In this document: one piece after another, positions 6,572 through 15,110 of the stretch | Layout: every line of letters begins with the position of its first letter | How positions within the stretch are numbered: position 1 is the first letter of the stretch | Origin: Kiritimatiellia bacterium | GTDB taxonomy: Bacteria > Verrucomicrobiota > Kiritimatiellia > CAIKKV01 | Assembly: GCA_964201555.1 (NCBI GenBank) | Contig: CAXNFL010000001.1 | Coordinates: forward strand, 1 to 41,767 | Reading direction: 5' to 3' | DNA length: 41,767 nt | Translations under genes and position numbers: made by a program | The notes under the pieces: generated by a model | Database searches by the model: none | The model's input: the letters and a program-made list of their open reading frames with translations, nothing else | What the model was told of the DNA's origin: nothing

Positions 6572-7957
6572 CTATTTAGAGTGGGACCGGCCATCCCGAT
6601 CCGGCAGCTCAAGTCCCAAGGCTTTGATTTTTCGAAACAGCGTACTCTTGTGCAGGCCCAGCGCGTGGGCGGCGGCCTGACGGTTGAAACCGCACCCTTC
6701 CAGTGCTGCCCGGATGGCTTGCGCTTCGGCGGCATGAGCCTGGGCGGCCATGCTCTCGCCGGCTGAAGCGGGGACCGGGGGCAATTGACCGGCGAGTTCC
6801 GCCGGCAAATGTCTGCGTTCGATGTTTCCCGCGGCGCACAAGACGAAAGCCCGCTCGATAACATTCTCCAACTCCCGCACGTTGCCAGGATAGTCATGCG
6901 CCATCAGGAGCGCCATGGCCTCGGGAGCGACTCCGGAAATGGCCTTTCCCTGCCGCAGGTTGAATCGCCCGATAAAATGCTCGATGAGCAGGGGGATGTC
7001 CTCCTTGCGCCTCCGCAGAGGCGGCAGGTCCACTTTCACGACATTCAGGCGATAGAACAGGTCTTCGCGAAAAGCGCCTTTGCGGATCTGCTCGGTCAAA
7101 TCACGGTGCGTGGCCGCCACCACCCGCACGTTGGCGTGCAACACACGGGTCCCCCCCAGGGGCTCGTATGTCTTTTCCTGGAGCACGCGAAGAAGGCGGA
7201 CCTGAAGGGCGGGGCTGATGTCGCCGATCTCGTCCAGAAACACCGTGCCGCCCTCGGCCAGCGCAAAGCGGCCCGGTTTATCCCTAGTCGCGCCGGTAAA
7301 GGCGCCCTTCATGTAGCCAAACAGCTCCGATTCCAGCAGGGTGTCGGGCAAGGCGCCGCAGTTGACCGCGATAAACGGCTTGTTTTCCCGCGGGCTCAAG
7401 TTGTGGATGGCACGCGCCAGGAGTTCTTTGCCCGTGCCGGTTTCCCCGAGAATCAGCACCGTCGCATCGCTGGCGGAGACTTGGGGTAAAACATCGAAAA
7501 TACGCCGCATGGCGGCGCTCCGGCTCACAAGGTCCCCCACCTGGACCCGCCCCTCCAACTCCTTGCGCAATTCTTCGACCAGGCTGAGATCCCGAAATGT
7601 CTCCGCCCCTCCGACAATCCGACCCCGTCCATTGCGAAGAATGGCCGTCGACACGGAAATCGGAATCCGGCGGCCATTGGCATCCACGATAAACGCGGAC
7701 TTGTTGACGACAGGCTTGCCGGTCTTGACCGTATGCCGAAGTGCGCAGTCCGTTTCGCACATGCTGGCGCGGAACACATCCGAGCAGGTCTTGCCAATCG
7801 CATCCCGCCGGCGGATGCCCGTGATGATCTCAGCCGCCCGGTTAAAGGAGGTGATACGCCATCCGGCATCGACGGTGAACACACCATCCGAGATGCTTTC
7901 AAGAATGCTTTCGGCGCCGGCCTGCACCCCTGCTTTATCAGCGCGTTCTTTGTTCAT
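6572..7957 (-). CDS. Sigma-54-dependent transcriptional activator (PAS sensor + AAA+ + Fis-type HTH)
   Basis: N-terminal PAS region (ESISDGVFTVDAGWRITSFNRAAEIITG). AAA+ motifs GETGTGKELLARAIH, ESELFGYMKGAFTGA and GTVFLDEIGD. C-terminal HTH AAHALGLHKSTLFRKIK. Confidence 0.9.
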   Translation of the reverse strand: MNKERADKAGVQAGAESILESISDGVFTVDAGWRITSFNRAAEIITGIRRRDAIGKTCSDVFRASMCETDCALRHTVKTGKPVVNKSAFIVDANGRRIPISVSTAILRNGRGRIVGGAETFRDLSLVEELRKELEGRVQVGDLVSRSAAMRRIFDVLPQVSASDATVLILGETGTGKELLARAIHNLSPRENKPFIAVNCGALPDTLLESELFGYMKGAFTGATRDKPGRFALAEGGTVFLDEIGDISPALQVRLLRVLQEKTYEPLGGTRVLHANVRVVAATHRDLTEQIRKGAFREDLFYRLNVVKVDLPPLRRRKEDIPLLIEHFIGRFNLRQGKAISGVAPEAMALLMAHDYPGNVRELENVIERAFVLCAAGNIERRHLPAELAGQLPPVPASAGESMAAQAHAAEAQAIRAALEGCGFNRQAAAHALGLHKSTLFRKIKALGLELPDRDGRSHSK

Positions 7958-7976
7958 GGCCGTTCCCCATCAGGCG

Positions 7977-10900
7977 CTACTGGAGCGTTTTCTTTTCCGT
8001 CTTCCCGCCGTAAATCATCACATACGCGGTGGGGATGACGAGCAGGGTGAAGGCCGTGGAGACGAACAGCCCGAAGATGATGGCCCAGGCGAGCCCGCTG
8101 AAGATCGGGTCAAGCGTGATGGGCCACGTTCCCAGCATTGTGGTGGAGGCCGTCAGGAAGATCGGCCTGAACCGCACGGCCCCCGCCTCGAACACCGCGT
8201 CGCGCACGGTCGCGCCGCGCTCCACCGCGTTTCGGATGAAATCCACCAGAAGGATGCCGTTCCGGACCACGATCCCGGCCAGGGTGATCATGCCGATCAT
8301 GGCCGTGGCCGTAAAGAAGACCGGATTGCCGAATCCGCCCACGGGCTTGTCCACGATCAGGTTGAGCAGCCAGAAGCCGGGCAGGATGCCGATGAGCGTG
8401 AGCGGGATCGACATCATGATGACGCCGGGCAGCGCGTACGATCCCGTCTCATAGACCAACAGGACATAAATGGCCACCAGCGCCGCCGCGAAGGCGATGC
8501 CCAGGTCGCGGAACACGTCGAGCGTGATCTTCCATTCGCCTTCTCCCCGCCAGTCGATGCTCAGCCCTTCGGGCAGCGGGTGTTCCGAAAACTTTTTCTG
8601 AAGATTCAGCACGGCATACGCCGGCCCGCGCCCCGCCATCTCGGCCGTCACATACACCACGCGCTCCAGGTTCTTATGGAAGATCGTCTTCTCGACCGAC
8701 CCGCTTTCGAAGCTTCCCAGCTCGCCCAGCTGAACCGCGCGCCCGCTTCGCCCCTTCACGACAATGTTCTTCAGCAACGCGATATCGGACCGCTTGTCGC
8801 GCGGCAGGCGCAACATGATCGGCACCTCGTTCTGCTGCCCGGGATCGTGAAGCGTGCCTCCGGGCATCCCCTGCAGCGCAAGGGCGAGCGTCTGGGTGAT
8901 ATCCTCCGCGGAAATCCCGTTCAGGCCGGCCTTCTCGCGATCCACGCGGAAGAAGAACTCCGCCTGGTCGGCCTCGACGGTGTCATCCGCATCCACGACG
9001 CCCGGCTCCTTCTCAAGCCAGCCCTTGACCACTCCGGCGGCCGCGATCAGATCCTTGTAGTCGTGATGGGGCTGTCCCCGAATCTCGGCCACCACCGTCG
9101 AAAGAACGGGCGGGCCCGGCGGAATTTCAACCAGCTTGACGAGCGCGTTCCGGCGCCGGGCAATGGCGTCCACCTCGTTCCGGATGCGAAGGATAATGGA
9201 ATGGCTGTCCATTATCCGCTTGCTGCGATGAAGCAGGTTCACCCGGATGTCGGCCACGTGGGGCCCCTGCCGCAAATAATAGTGGCGCACGAGCCCGTTG
9301 AAGTCCATGGGCGACCCGGCGCCCACCAGGGAGGTGAAGTCGGTCACCTCGGGCAGCGTGCGAAGATAGTCCTCCAGCTCGCGCACCACGGCATCCGTGG
9401 TTTCCAGCGTGGCCGATTCGGGCATGTCCACAAGCATCTGGAACTCGTTCTTGTTGTCGAAAGGCAGCATCTTGAGCGGAACCCCGCCGGTCTTTACCAG
9501 CATCAGCGAGAGGACAAACAGCACGCCGGTTCCGGCCAGCAGCAGCACGCCGTTGCGGCGGGAATCCGCGAACGGTCGCATGGCTTTGCTGTAGATCCGG
9601 TATCCCATCGTTCGCTTGACGTCGAACTCCTCGACGACCGCGTCGGTCTTTTCGCGCAGCAGCTTGTCGGAAACCCAGGGCGTGATGGCGAACGACACCA
9701 GCATCGACGCCAGCATGGCAAGCGGCACGTTGAGCGCCATGGGGCGCATATAGGGGCCCATCATGCCCGTGATGAAAAACAGCGGCAGAAACGCGGCGAT
9801 CACGGCCAGCGTCGCCAGGATCACGGGCGGCATCACCTCGTTCATGGCCATCGAGATGGCCTTCAGGCGCGGATACTTCTTCATCGAAAGATGGCGGTAA
9901 ATGTTTTCCACCGCCACGATGGGATCATCCACCAGCAGCCCAAGCGCCAGGATGAGCGCGAACAGCGTCACACGGTTGATCGTGTAACCCGCGAGATAAT
10001 TCACCAGGAGCGTCAAGGAATAGGTAATCGGAATGGCCAGCGCCACGATCAGGCTCACCCGCCAGGTCATGGCGACGGCGATCAGAACGATGACGGTGAT
10101 GATGGCCTCAACCAGGCTCTCGACGAGGCCGTTGACCTTGTCATTCGCGGTTTCGCCGTAATCGCGCGTCACGCGCGTTTGCATTTCATCCGGAATGATC
10201 TTTCCGCGCATCGCGCCCAGGGCGGATTCGACTTCGCGGGAAACCCAGACCGCATTGCTGCCCTTCTTCTTCGCGACGGCGATCGTGACCGCGGGCAGGG
10301 ACGCGCCGCCCGCGAGGTGCGCCGCCTCCGCTCCGGCGGCCGGCCCGAAGCCGATCCGGCTATAGCTCTGCTGCTCGGCCGGGCCGTCCTCCACCCGCGC
10401 CACATCGCGCAGGTACACGGGGCGGTCCGCATGGATCCCCACCATGAGGTTGCGAACCTCGTCGGCGTTCCTTAAAAAGGGGCCCGCCTCGACGCGCACG
10501 GAGGCGTTGCCCTGGTCAAACCCGCCGCTTTCCCCCTTGGCGTTGGAAACCTTCAGCGCGCCCGCCACTTCCATCGGCGAGAGCCCGTAGGCCGAAAGGC
10601 GCTCCATGTCCAGGTACACATGAAGCTGGCGGCTTCGGCCGCCGTGAATCGTGATGTTGCCGGTGTTGGGAATGGTCTGAAGCCGGCCGACCACCTCTTC
10701 GGCAACGCGATAAAGCGCATGCTCGTCGTACCGGTCGCTGTAAAGCGCCACGTTCACGATCGGCACATCGTCAATCTCGATCGGCTTCACCACCCAGCCG
10801 GCGATGCCGGGCGTCGTTTTGTCGATATTCTGGAAGATCTTGTTGTAGAGCTTGATCAGGCTCTTCTCGCGATCCTGCCCGACCGTGAACCGCACCGTGA

Positions 10901-11198
10901 CAACCGCCATGCCGGGGCGGGACATGGAATAGACATACTCCACGCCGTCGATCTGGTAGAGCATCCGCTCGAGCCGGGACGAAACCAGCCGCTCGACCTC
11001 CTGGGCGGAGCCGCCCGGATAGGCCACCATCACATCCGCCAGCGGAACCACGATCTGCGGCTCCTCCTCGCGCGGAGTGAGGAACAGCGCGGCCGCCCCG
11101 GCGACCAGGGAAATGATGATCAGCAGGACGGCCAGGTTCCCCTTCAGGAAGGCCTCGATCACCCCGCCCACCATGGAATGTTTGGGTTCGCTCTCCAT
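7977..11198 (-). CDS. RND efflux transporter permease (AcrB/HAE-like)
   Basis: 1073 aa with a 12-TM architecture. N-terminus is FLTPREEEPQIVVP. The TM4 motif is LGLLVDDPIVAVENIYRH, which by memory resembles AcrB GLLVDDAIVVVEN rather than the CzcA/CusA motifs. Confidence 0.9.
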   Translation of the reverse strand: MESEPKHSMVGGVIEAFLKGNLAVLLIIISLVAGAAALFLTPREEEPQIVVPLADVMVAYPGGSAQEVERLVSSRLERMLYQIDGVEYVYSMSRPGMAVVTVRFTVGQDREKSLIKLYNKIFQNIDKTTPGIAGWVVKPIEIDDVPIVNVALYSDRYDEHALYRVAEEVVGRLQTIPNTGNITIHGGRSRQLHVYLDMERLSAYGLSPMEVAGALKVSNAKGESGGFDQGNASVRVEAGPFLRNADEVRNLMVGIHADRPVYLRDVARVEDGPAEQQSYSRIGFGPAAGAEAAHLAGGASLPAVTIAVAKKKGSNAVWVSREVESALGAMRGKIIPDEMQTRVTRDYGETANDKVNGLVESLVEAIITVIVLIAVAMTWRVSLIVALAIPITYSLTLLVNYLAGYTINRVTLFALILALGLLVDDPIVAVENIYRHLSMKKYPRLKAISMAMNEVMPPVILATLAVIAAFLPLFFITGMMGPYMRPMALNVPLAMLASMLVSFAITPWVSDKLLREKTDAVVEEFDVKRTMGYRIYSKAMRPFADSRRNGVLLLAGTGVLFVLSLMLVKTGGVPLKMLPFDNKNEFQMLVDMPESATLETTDAVVRELEDYLRTLPEVTDFTSLVGAGSPMDFNGLVRHYYLRQGPHVADIRVNLLHRSKRIMDSHSIILRIRNEVDAIARRRNALVKLVEIPPGPPVLSTVVAEIRGQPHHDYKDLIAAAGVVKGWLEKEPGVVDADDTVEADQAEFFFRVDREKAGLNGISAEDITQTLALALQGMPGGTLHDPGQQNEVPIMLRLPRDKRSDIALLKNIVVKGRSGRAVQLGELGSFESGSVEKTIFHKNLERVVYVTAEMAGRGPAYAVLNLQKKFSEHPLPEGLSIDWRGEGEWKITLDVFRDLGIAFAAALVAIYVLLVYETGSYALPGVIMMSIPLTLIGILPGFWLLNLIVDKPVGGFGNPVFFTATAMIGMITLAGIVVRNGILLVDFIRNAVERGATVRDAVFEAGAVRFRPIFLTASTTMLGTWPITLDPIFSGLAWAIIFGLFVSTAFTLLVIPTAYVMIYGGKTEKKTLQ

Positions 11199-11201
11199 GG
11201 C

Positions 11202-12239
11202 CTAGTTCCCCTTCACCGGGTTCACGAGAACCGCGTCGCCAGCGGCAAGCCCCGCCAGCACCTCGACCCGATCGCCGGTGCGCAGGCCCGTCCGCACGGC
11301 GCGCCGGATCGCGCGCCCGTCCTGAACCACCTGGGCCATTTCGATCTGGCCGACCGAATAGACGGCCGACGCCGGAATCATGAACGCCTCGCGGGCGTCG
11401 TCCGCCACCCACAGGCGCCCGAAGGTGCCGGGCAACACCTGCCCGCCGACCCCCTCGATGTGCACCTTCACCATCTGGGTGCGACTCAGCGGATCGATCT
11501 CGCTGACGATCTGGCGCACCTGGCCCTCATACCGCCCGGCCGGCCGATCGAGGGTAACCTCCACCTTCTGGCCGATCGGCAGCTTGTCCAGGAGCCGGAC
11601 GGGAACCGGGACCTCCAGCTGCATGTTCAGCGGATCATAAACGGCCAGCAGCGTCTGCCCCGGGTTGGCCAGATCGCCGGGCTCGACGCGGCGGTCGGTG
11701 ACGAACCCGTTCAGCGGGGAGTCGACCCGCGCATAGGTCAGCATGACCTTCGCGCGATCCAGCTGGGCGCGGGACACCTCGAAAAGCGATTGCGCGGCGG
11801 TGAGGGCCTGCTCGGTGGCGGACTGGGCTTCAAACAGCCGCCGGGTCCGGTTCAGCTCCGTTTCCGCCTGCTTGAACTGCGCCTCCGCCGCCGACACCTG
11901 TTCGCGGATTTCACGATCATCAAGCGTCGCCAGCGGCTGGCCGTTTGTGACCGCGCTTCCCGCGGACACGAAAATTTCCTTCACGTACGCCGACATCCGC
12001 GCGCTGAGGTTGACGCGCCGCTCGGACGAGACGGTGCCCACCACATCCACGCGCGGCGAGAGGGATTCGGCTTTGACCGTGAACGCTTCGGAGCCTTTGG
12101 GAACCTCCACGCCGGGTTTGACTTCCACGCGGCCCGCTTCGACACGGGCGCGGCCCGCGCCCACGCTCCACACGATAACCCCGGCCAGGACAATCAGCCC
12201 TGCCGCCGTCTTCAGATAACCCTGCTGTTTTTCAGTCAC
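11202..12239 (-). CDS. RND efflux periplasmic adaptor (MFP/HlyD family)
   Basis: N-terminal anchor, a coiled-coil region (REQVSAAEAQFKQAETELNRTRRLFE) and beta-barrel/lipoyl-type motifs. The GTG start overlaps the TolC-like stop (GTGA), and the gene ends 3 nt before the RND ATG. Confidence 0.85.
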   Translation of the reverse strand: MTEKQQGYLKTAAGLIVLAGVIVWSVGAGRARVEAGRVEVKPGVEVPKGSEAFTVKAESLSPRVDVVGTVSSERRVNLSARMSAYVKEIFVSAGSAVTNGQPLATLDDREIREQVSAAEAQFKQAETELNRTRRLFEAQSATEQALTAAQSLFEVSRAQLDRAKVMLTYARVDSPLNGFVTDRRVEPGDLANPGQTLLAVYDPLNMQLEVPVPVRLLDKLPIGQKVEVTLDRPAGRYEGQVRQIVSEIDPLSRTQMVKVHIEGVGGQVLPGTFGRLWVADDAREAFMIPASAVYSVGQIEMAQVVQDGRAIRRAVRTGLRTGDRVEVLAGLAAGDAVLVNPVKGN

Positions 12240-13585
12240 GGCATCGACTCCCCGTTAATATTTTTTGCGTATTGTTTCACCAGCGTCCCCCGTGCGCGCT
12301 CCAGGTTCGACAGCGCGGTCAGGCAATCATAAAGCGCGGCCACGTTCCGGGTGCGTGTTCCGGAGAGGCCCACCTGCGCGGTCAGCAGCTCCGGAATATC
12401 GGCCGCGCCCAGCTTGTATTTTTCCCGTGTGATGCGGAGCGCCTCCTCGGCATTCTCGATGCTCTTGCGCGCCACCGCCAGCCGGTCCCAGGCTTCGCCG
12501 GCCTGAAGGGAAGCGGACACGAGGTCCAGCTTGAGGTTATTCGCCGCCTTGTCCACGTCATCCCGGGCGGCCCGCTCCTGCGCTTCGGCGTTCGCCACGC
12601 CGGCGCTTCTCTGGAAGCCGTCGAAAAGCGTCACCTCGGCCTGCACGCCCACCATGTAACTCTGCTCAAACTCGGAGGCGCCGCCGCTGTTCCAATCCAT
12701 GGACCCGAATCCGTTCACGACGGGCGCATACTGCCTCCGGGCTTTCTGCACGCCCGCATTCCGAACAATCGCCATCTGCTCGGCGGCCAGATATTCGGGC
12801 CGCTCGCGGATAACGGCCGGATCTGCGCCCGCCTCGGGCCTCGCGGCCAGCAACTCCCTCTTCACGGGCATGTCGTTCGTGCCCGCAAGATCGGCTCCGA
12901 TCGCGGTGTTCAGCGCGGCCAGGGAAAGCGCCACGCCGTTGCGCGACCGGATCAGCTCGTCGTTCGCCTGGGCCAGCTGCACGTCGAGGTTCAGCACATC
13001 CGTCTTCACGGCTCCGCCGGCGGCCAGCCGCTCGCGGGCTACGCGAAGGCTCTCTTCCAGCGTCTGGACCGTCTCCTCCCGCACGGCGGTAAACGCCTCG
13101 GCCTGCAGCACGGCGTAATACCCCCGGGTCACCTGGTGGATCAATTCGTTCTGAAGGCCCCGCAGCACCAGCCGTGAGATTTCGGAGCCCTCGCGAGCCA
13201 TGCGCGTGTCCAGTTCGCGCCGGCCGAAGTCAAACAGCCGGTACTGCACCCCGAGGCTGAGGGCGAGATTGTCGGTGTCCTCGGGATTGTTGAAGTCGGA
13301 CTGCAGCGAGGCGCTCCGCTGGTTCAGCTGCATCATGAACGCCTGCGGCGGGTTATCCGTCCGGGCGTAGGCGGCGGAGGCGCCCAGCCGCGGATAATAG
13401 GCGGACTGCGCCTCCCGGAGCGACGCCTGAGCGGCCTTCACCCGCTCCGAGGCGGCGCGGACATCGGGATTCTGGCGAAGCGCGGCGGCAATGCAGGCGT
13501 CCAGCGTCACGGCCTGCGCGCTGGCAACCAGCAACAAAACACACAAAACCGGCAGAAGCCGGCTCCATCCCGTCATTCGTTTCAT
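12236..13585 (-). CDS. TolC-family outer-membrane efflux protein
   Basis: Signal peptide MKRMTGWSRLLPVLCVLLLVASAQA, then LDACIAAALRQNPDVRAASERVKAAQASL and duplicated TolC-type repeats. I set the start at ATG 13585 (residue 34 of the track ORF). Confidence 0.85.
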   Translation of the reverse strand: MKRMTGWSRLLPVLCVLLLVASAQAVTLDACIAAALRQNPDVRAASERVKAAQASLREAQSAYYPRLGASAAYARTDNPPQAFMMQLNQRSASLQSDFNNPEDTDNLALSLGVQYRLFDFGRRELDTRMAREGSEISRLVLRGLQNELIHQVTRGYYAVLQAEAFTAVREETVQTLEESLRVARERLAAGGAVKTDVLNLDVQLAQANDELIRSRNGVALSLAALNTAIGADLAGTNDMPVKRELLAARPEAGADPAVIRERPEYLAAEQMAIVRNAGVQKARRQYAPVVNGFGSMDWNSGGASEFEQSYMVGVQAEVTLFDGFQRSAGVANAEAQERAARDDVDKAANNLKLDLVSASLQAGEAWDRLAVARKSIENAEEALRITREKYKLGAADIPELLTAQVGLSGTRTRNVAALYDCLTALSNLERARGTLVKQYAKNINGESMP

Positions 13586-13599
13586 CCCGTTCAATCCTT

Positions 13600-13833
13600 T
13601 CACTTCCCGCAGCCACAGTCGCTGCCACAGCCGCCGGCGGCGGAAGGCACGCCACAGCGCCGGAGAATGATCTCCAGCGGACAAAATCCGGTGAACGCCG
13701 ACTGGAACAGGTTCAAGCCCACAAAGCCGGTGAAGAAAAACCAGCCGGGATGCACCCAGTAGCCCAGCGACACGCTGGTAACCACAAAGACGCCCGCCAC
13801 CATCCGTACAATTCGTTCCGTTGTCATCATCAT
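13600..13833 (-). CDS. DUF2892 (YgaP-like) two-TM membrane protein with Cys-rich C-terminal tail
   Basis: [57 protein letters not shown] matches the DUF2892 pattern. The tail is [27 protein letters not shown] lies immediately upstream of the ATG triplet at 13833-13825. Confidence 0.7.
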   Translation of the reverse strand: MMMTTERIVRMVAGVFVVTSVSLGYWVHPGWFFFTGFVGLNLFQSAFTGFCPLEIILRRCGVPSAAGGCGSDCGCGK

Positions 13834-13841
13834 TTCTCCTA

Positions 13842-14009
13842 TCAACGAAATCCCCGGCCGATCAAGGCCCCCATGACCACGCCCCAGATCGTGCTGATCC
13901 AGGGGTTGCTCGTGATCGGACACGTCCCGGTCGAGCAGCCCACGAAGCGGTAAAGGGCAAAGCCGCCCAGTCCGCCCACCACTCCGCCAATCAGCATTCG
14001 CATCATCAT
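13842..14009 (-). CDS. 55-aa membrane mini-protein with GCxxGxCPI motif (DUF6132-like)
   Basis: Below the ORF-track size cut-off; hand translated as [55 protein letters not shown] followed by a stop. AAGGAGGTG lies 3 nt upstream of ATG 14009. The TGA at 13844-13842 sits 8 nt before the next start. Confidence 0.65.
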   Translation of the reverse strand: MMMRMLIGGVVGGLGGFALYRFVGCSTGTCPITSNPWISTIWGVVMGALIGRGFR

Positions 14010-14030
14010 GGCCACCTCCTTCTATCAGGA

Positions 14031-14059
14031 TTAGACCCTCGAACGATCAAAAAGTTACA
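14031..14059 (-). promoter_or_regulatory. Candidate ECF-type promoter TGTAAC-N17-GTCTAA
   Basis: Minus strand, inside the 63-nt gap between the anti-sigma stop and the mini-protein ATG. The AAC -35 and GTC-type -10 with a 17-nt spacer fit the generic ECF pattern. The SD and ATG follow within 22 nt. Confidence 0.4.
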
Positions 14060-14072
14060 GGAAATCGTCTCC

Positions 14073-14357
14073 TCAGCTCTTTTTTTTCCAATTCTTGCGG
14101 AGAACCTCATGCAGGCGATCCCGGAATTGGATGGGCAATTCGCAGGGCTCGTCCTTCTTATACAGCGTGATGGTCTTCCGCACATTGTCCACCACCACAC
14201 GGCAGGGGTTGCAGCCGGCCAGGTGGGCTTCCAGCTCCTTGCAGGCGGAAAGCTCCACCCCGCCGTCCACATACTGGTTCAACAGGGCGAGCAATTCGTC
14301 GCAGGTCGCGCCCTGTTTGCCGCCGAGGCGATGCGTCGTTTTACGTTTATCAGGCAT
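14073..14357 (-). CDS. Soluble zinc-binding anti-sigma factor (ZAS, RsrA-like)
   Basis: 94 aa with no TM segment. Contains ATCDELLALLNQYVDGG...SACKELEAHLAGCNPC, which includes the HxxxCxxC motif. ATG 14357 overlaps the sigma gene stop by 8 nt. Confidence 0.8.
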   Translation of the reverse strand: MPDKRKTTHRLGGKQGATCDELLALLNQYVDGGVELSACKELEAHLAGCNPCRVVVDNVRKTITLYKKDEPCELPIQFRDRLHEVLRKNWKKKS

Positions 14358-15036
14358 GGATGGCCTCTTTCCTGGCGTGCCCGGACATTCCCGGCGGATG
14401 CTCCACCGGCTCGTACCGGCTCGCCGCATCCCCGAAATCGCGTGTCAGCCGCTCGCGCAACTGCATGCGCGCCCGCAACAAGCGGACCTTCACATTCGCT
14501 TCGCTGATCCGCAGGGCTTTCGCCGTTTCCTTGATGGATAACGACTCCACATCGCGGAGAAGAAAGACCGCGCGGTGCCCAGGATCCAGAAGCGCAATGG
14601 CGTCGTCGAGCAGCCGGCGTGTTTCCGCGTGCTGCGCCAGCCGATCGGGCGTCTCGCGCCAGTCGGCAATATACTCGGGATGCGGAATGCGCCCGTCGGC
14701 CCCCGGATCCACGGCGGCCTCCAGGGATGTGGACGGAAGGCCGCGCCGTTTGCGCACCACCTTGAGGGATGCATTCACGGCAATCGTGGCCAGCCAGGTG
14801 GAGAAGGAGGCCTCTTCCCGGAACCCGCCCAGCCGCCGCATGGCGCTGAGAAAGGTCTGCTGCGTGACATCCTGGGCGTCCTCCTCCGAGCCGGTCACCC
14901 GCCGGGTCAGCCCGTAAATCCGCCGCTCATGCCGGGAGACAAGCGCTTCGAAAGCCGTCAGGCCGCCGTCCTTCGCCAGACGAACCAGCTCCCGGTCCTC
15001 CGCGGAATCAACGGGCTGTGGTTTCGGACTTTGCAT
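14350..15036 (-). CDS. ECF (sigma-70 family group 4) RNA polymerase sigma factor
   Basis: Region 2 is FEALVSRHERRIYGLTRRVTGSEEDAQDVTQQTFLSAMRRLGGFREEASFSTWLATIAVN. Region 4 is RAVFLLRDVESLSIKETAKALRISEANVKVRLLRARMQLRERL. I set the start at ATG 15036 on the basis of the promoter immediately upstream. Confidence 0.85.
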   Translation of the reverse strand: MQSPKPQPVDSAEDRELVRLAKDGGLTAFEALVSRHERRIYGLTRRVTGSEEDAQDVTQQTFLSAMRRLGGFREEASFSTWLATIAVNASLKVVRKRRGLPSTSLEAAVDPGADGRIPHPEYIADWRETPDRLAQHAETRRLLDDAIALLDPGHRAVFLLRDVESLSIKETAKALRISEANVKVRLLRARMQLRERLTRDFGDAASRYEPVEHPPGMSGHARKEAIHA

Positions 15037-15042
15037 CCCGTA

Positions 15043-15071
15043 GTTATATTCTCTACTAACGGGACGGTCAA
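15043..15071 (-). promoter_or_regulatory. Sigma-70-type promoter TTGACC-17-TATAAC, 6 nt from the sigma-factor ATG (leaderless candidate)
   Basis: Minus strand read base by base: TTGACC gtcccgttagtagagaa TATAAC tacggg ATG. Confidence 0.5.
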
Positions 15072-15110
15072 GGTCAGGTATACCCAGCATGCCGCGCGTT
15101 TTTTATTTCC

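Noticed and set aside
7341-10475. 1044-aa plus-strand ORF, the longest in the track apart from the RND gene
   Set aside because: It lies antisense to a clearly recognisable RND permease. The product is Arg/Gly/His/Asp/Pro-rich low complexity with no motifs, which is typical of a shadow ORF in GC-rich DNA. The same reasoning applies to 10620..12332 (+), 12272..13177 (+) and 10771..11412 (-).
7977-11198. Heavy-metal (CzcA/CusA, HME) assignment of the RND pump, suggested by the Cys-rich neighbours
   Set aside because: The TM4 motif LGLLVDDPIVAVEN resembles the AcrB-type GLLVDDAIVVVEN rather than the CzcA (DFG..DGA..VEN) or CusA (GAMVDAAIVMIEN) motifs as I remember them. I therefore leave the substrate open. 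A phylogenetic placement is needed.
15037-15110. SigR-type autoregulatory promoter (GGAAT-N18-GTT) upstream of the ECF sigma gene
   Set aside because: I found GGAAA at about 15100 but no GTT at the required spacing. The sigma-70-like TTGACC-17-TATAAC is the only convincing element there.
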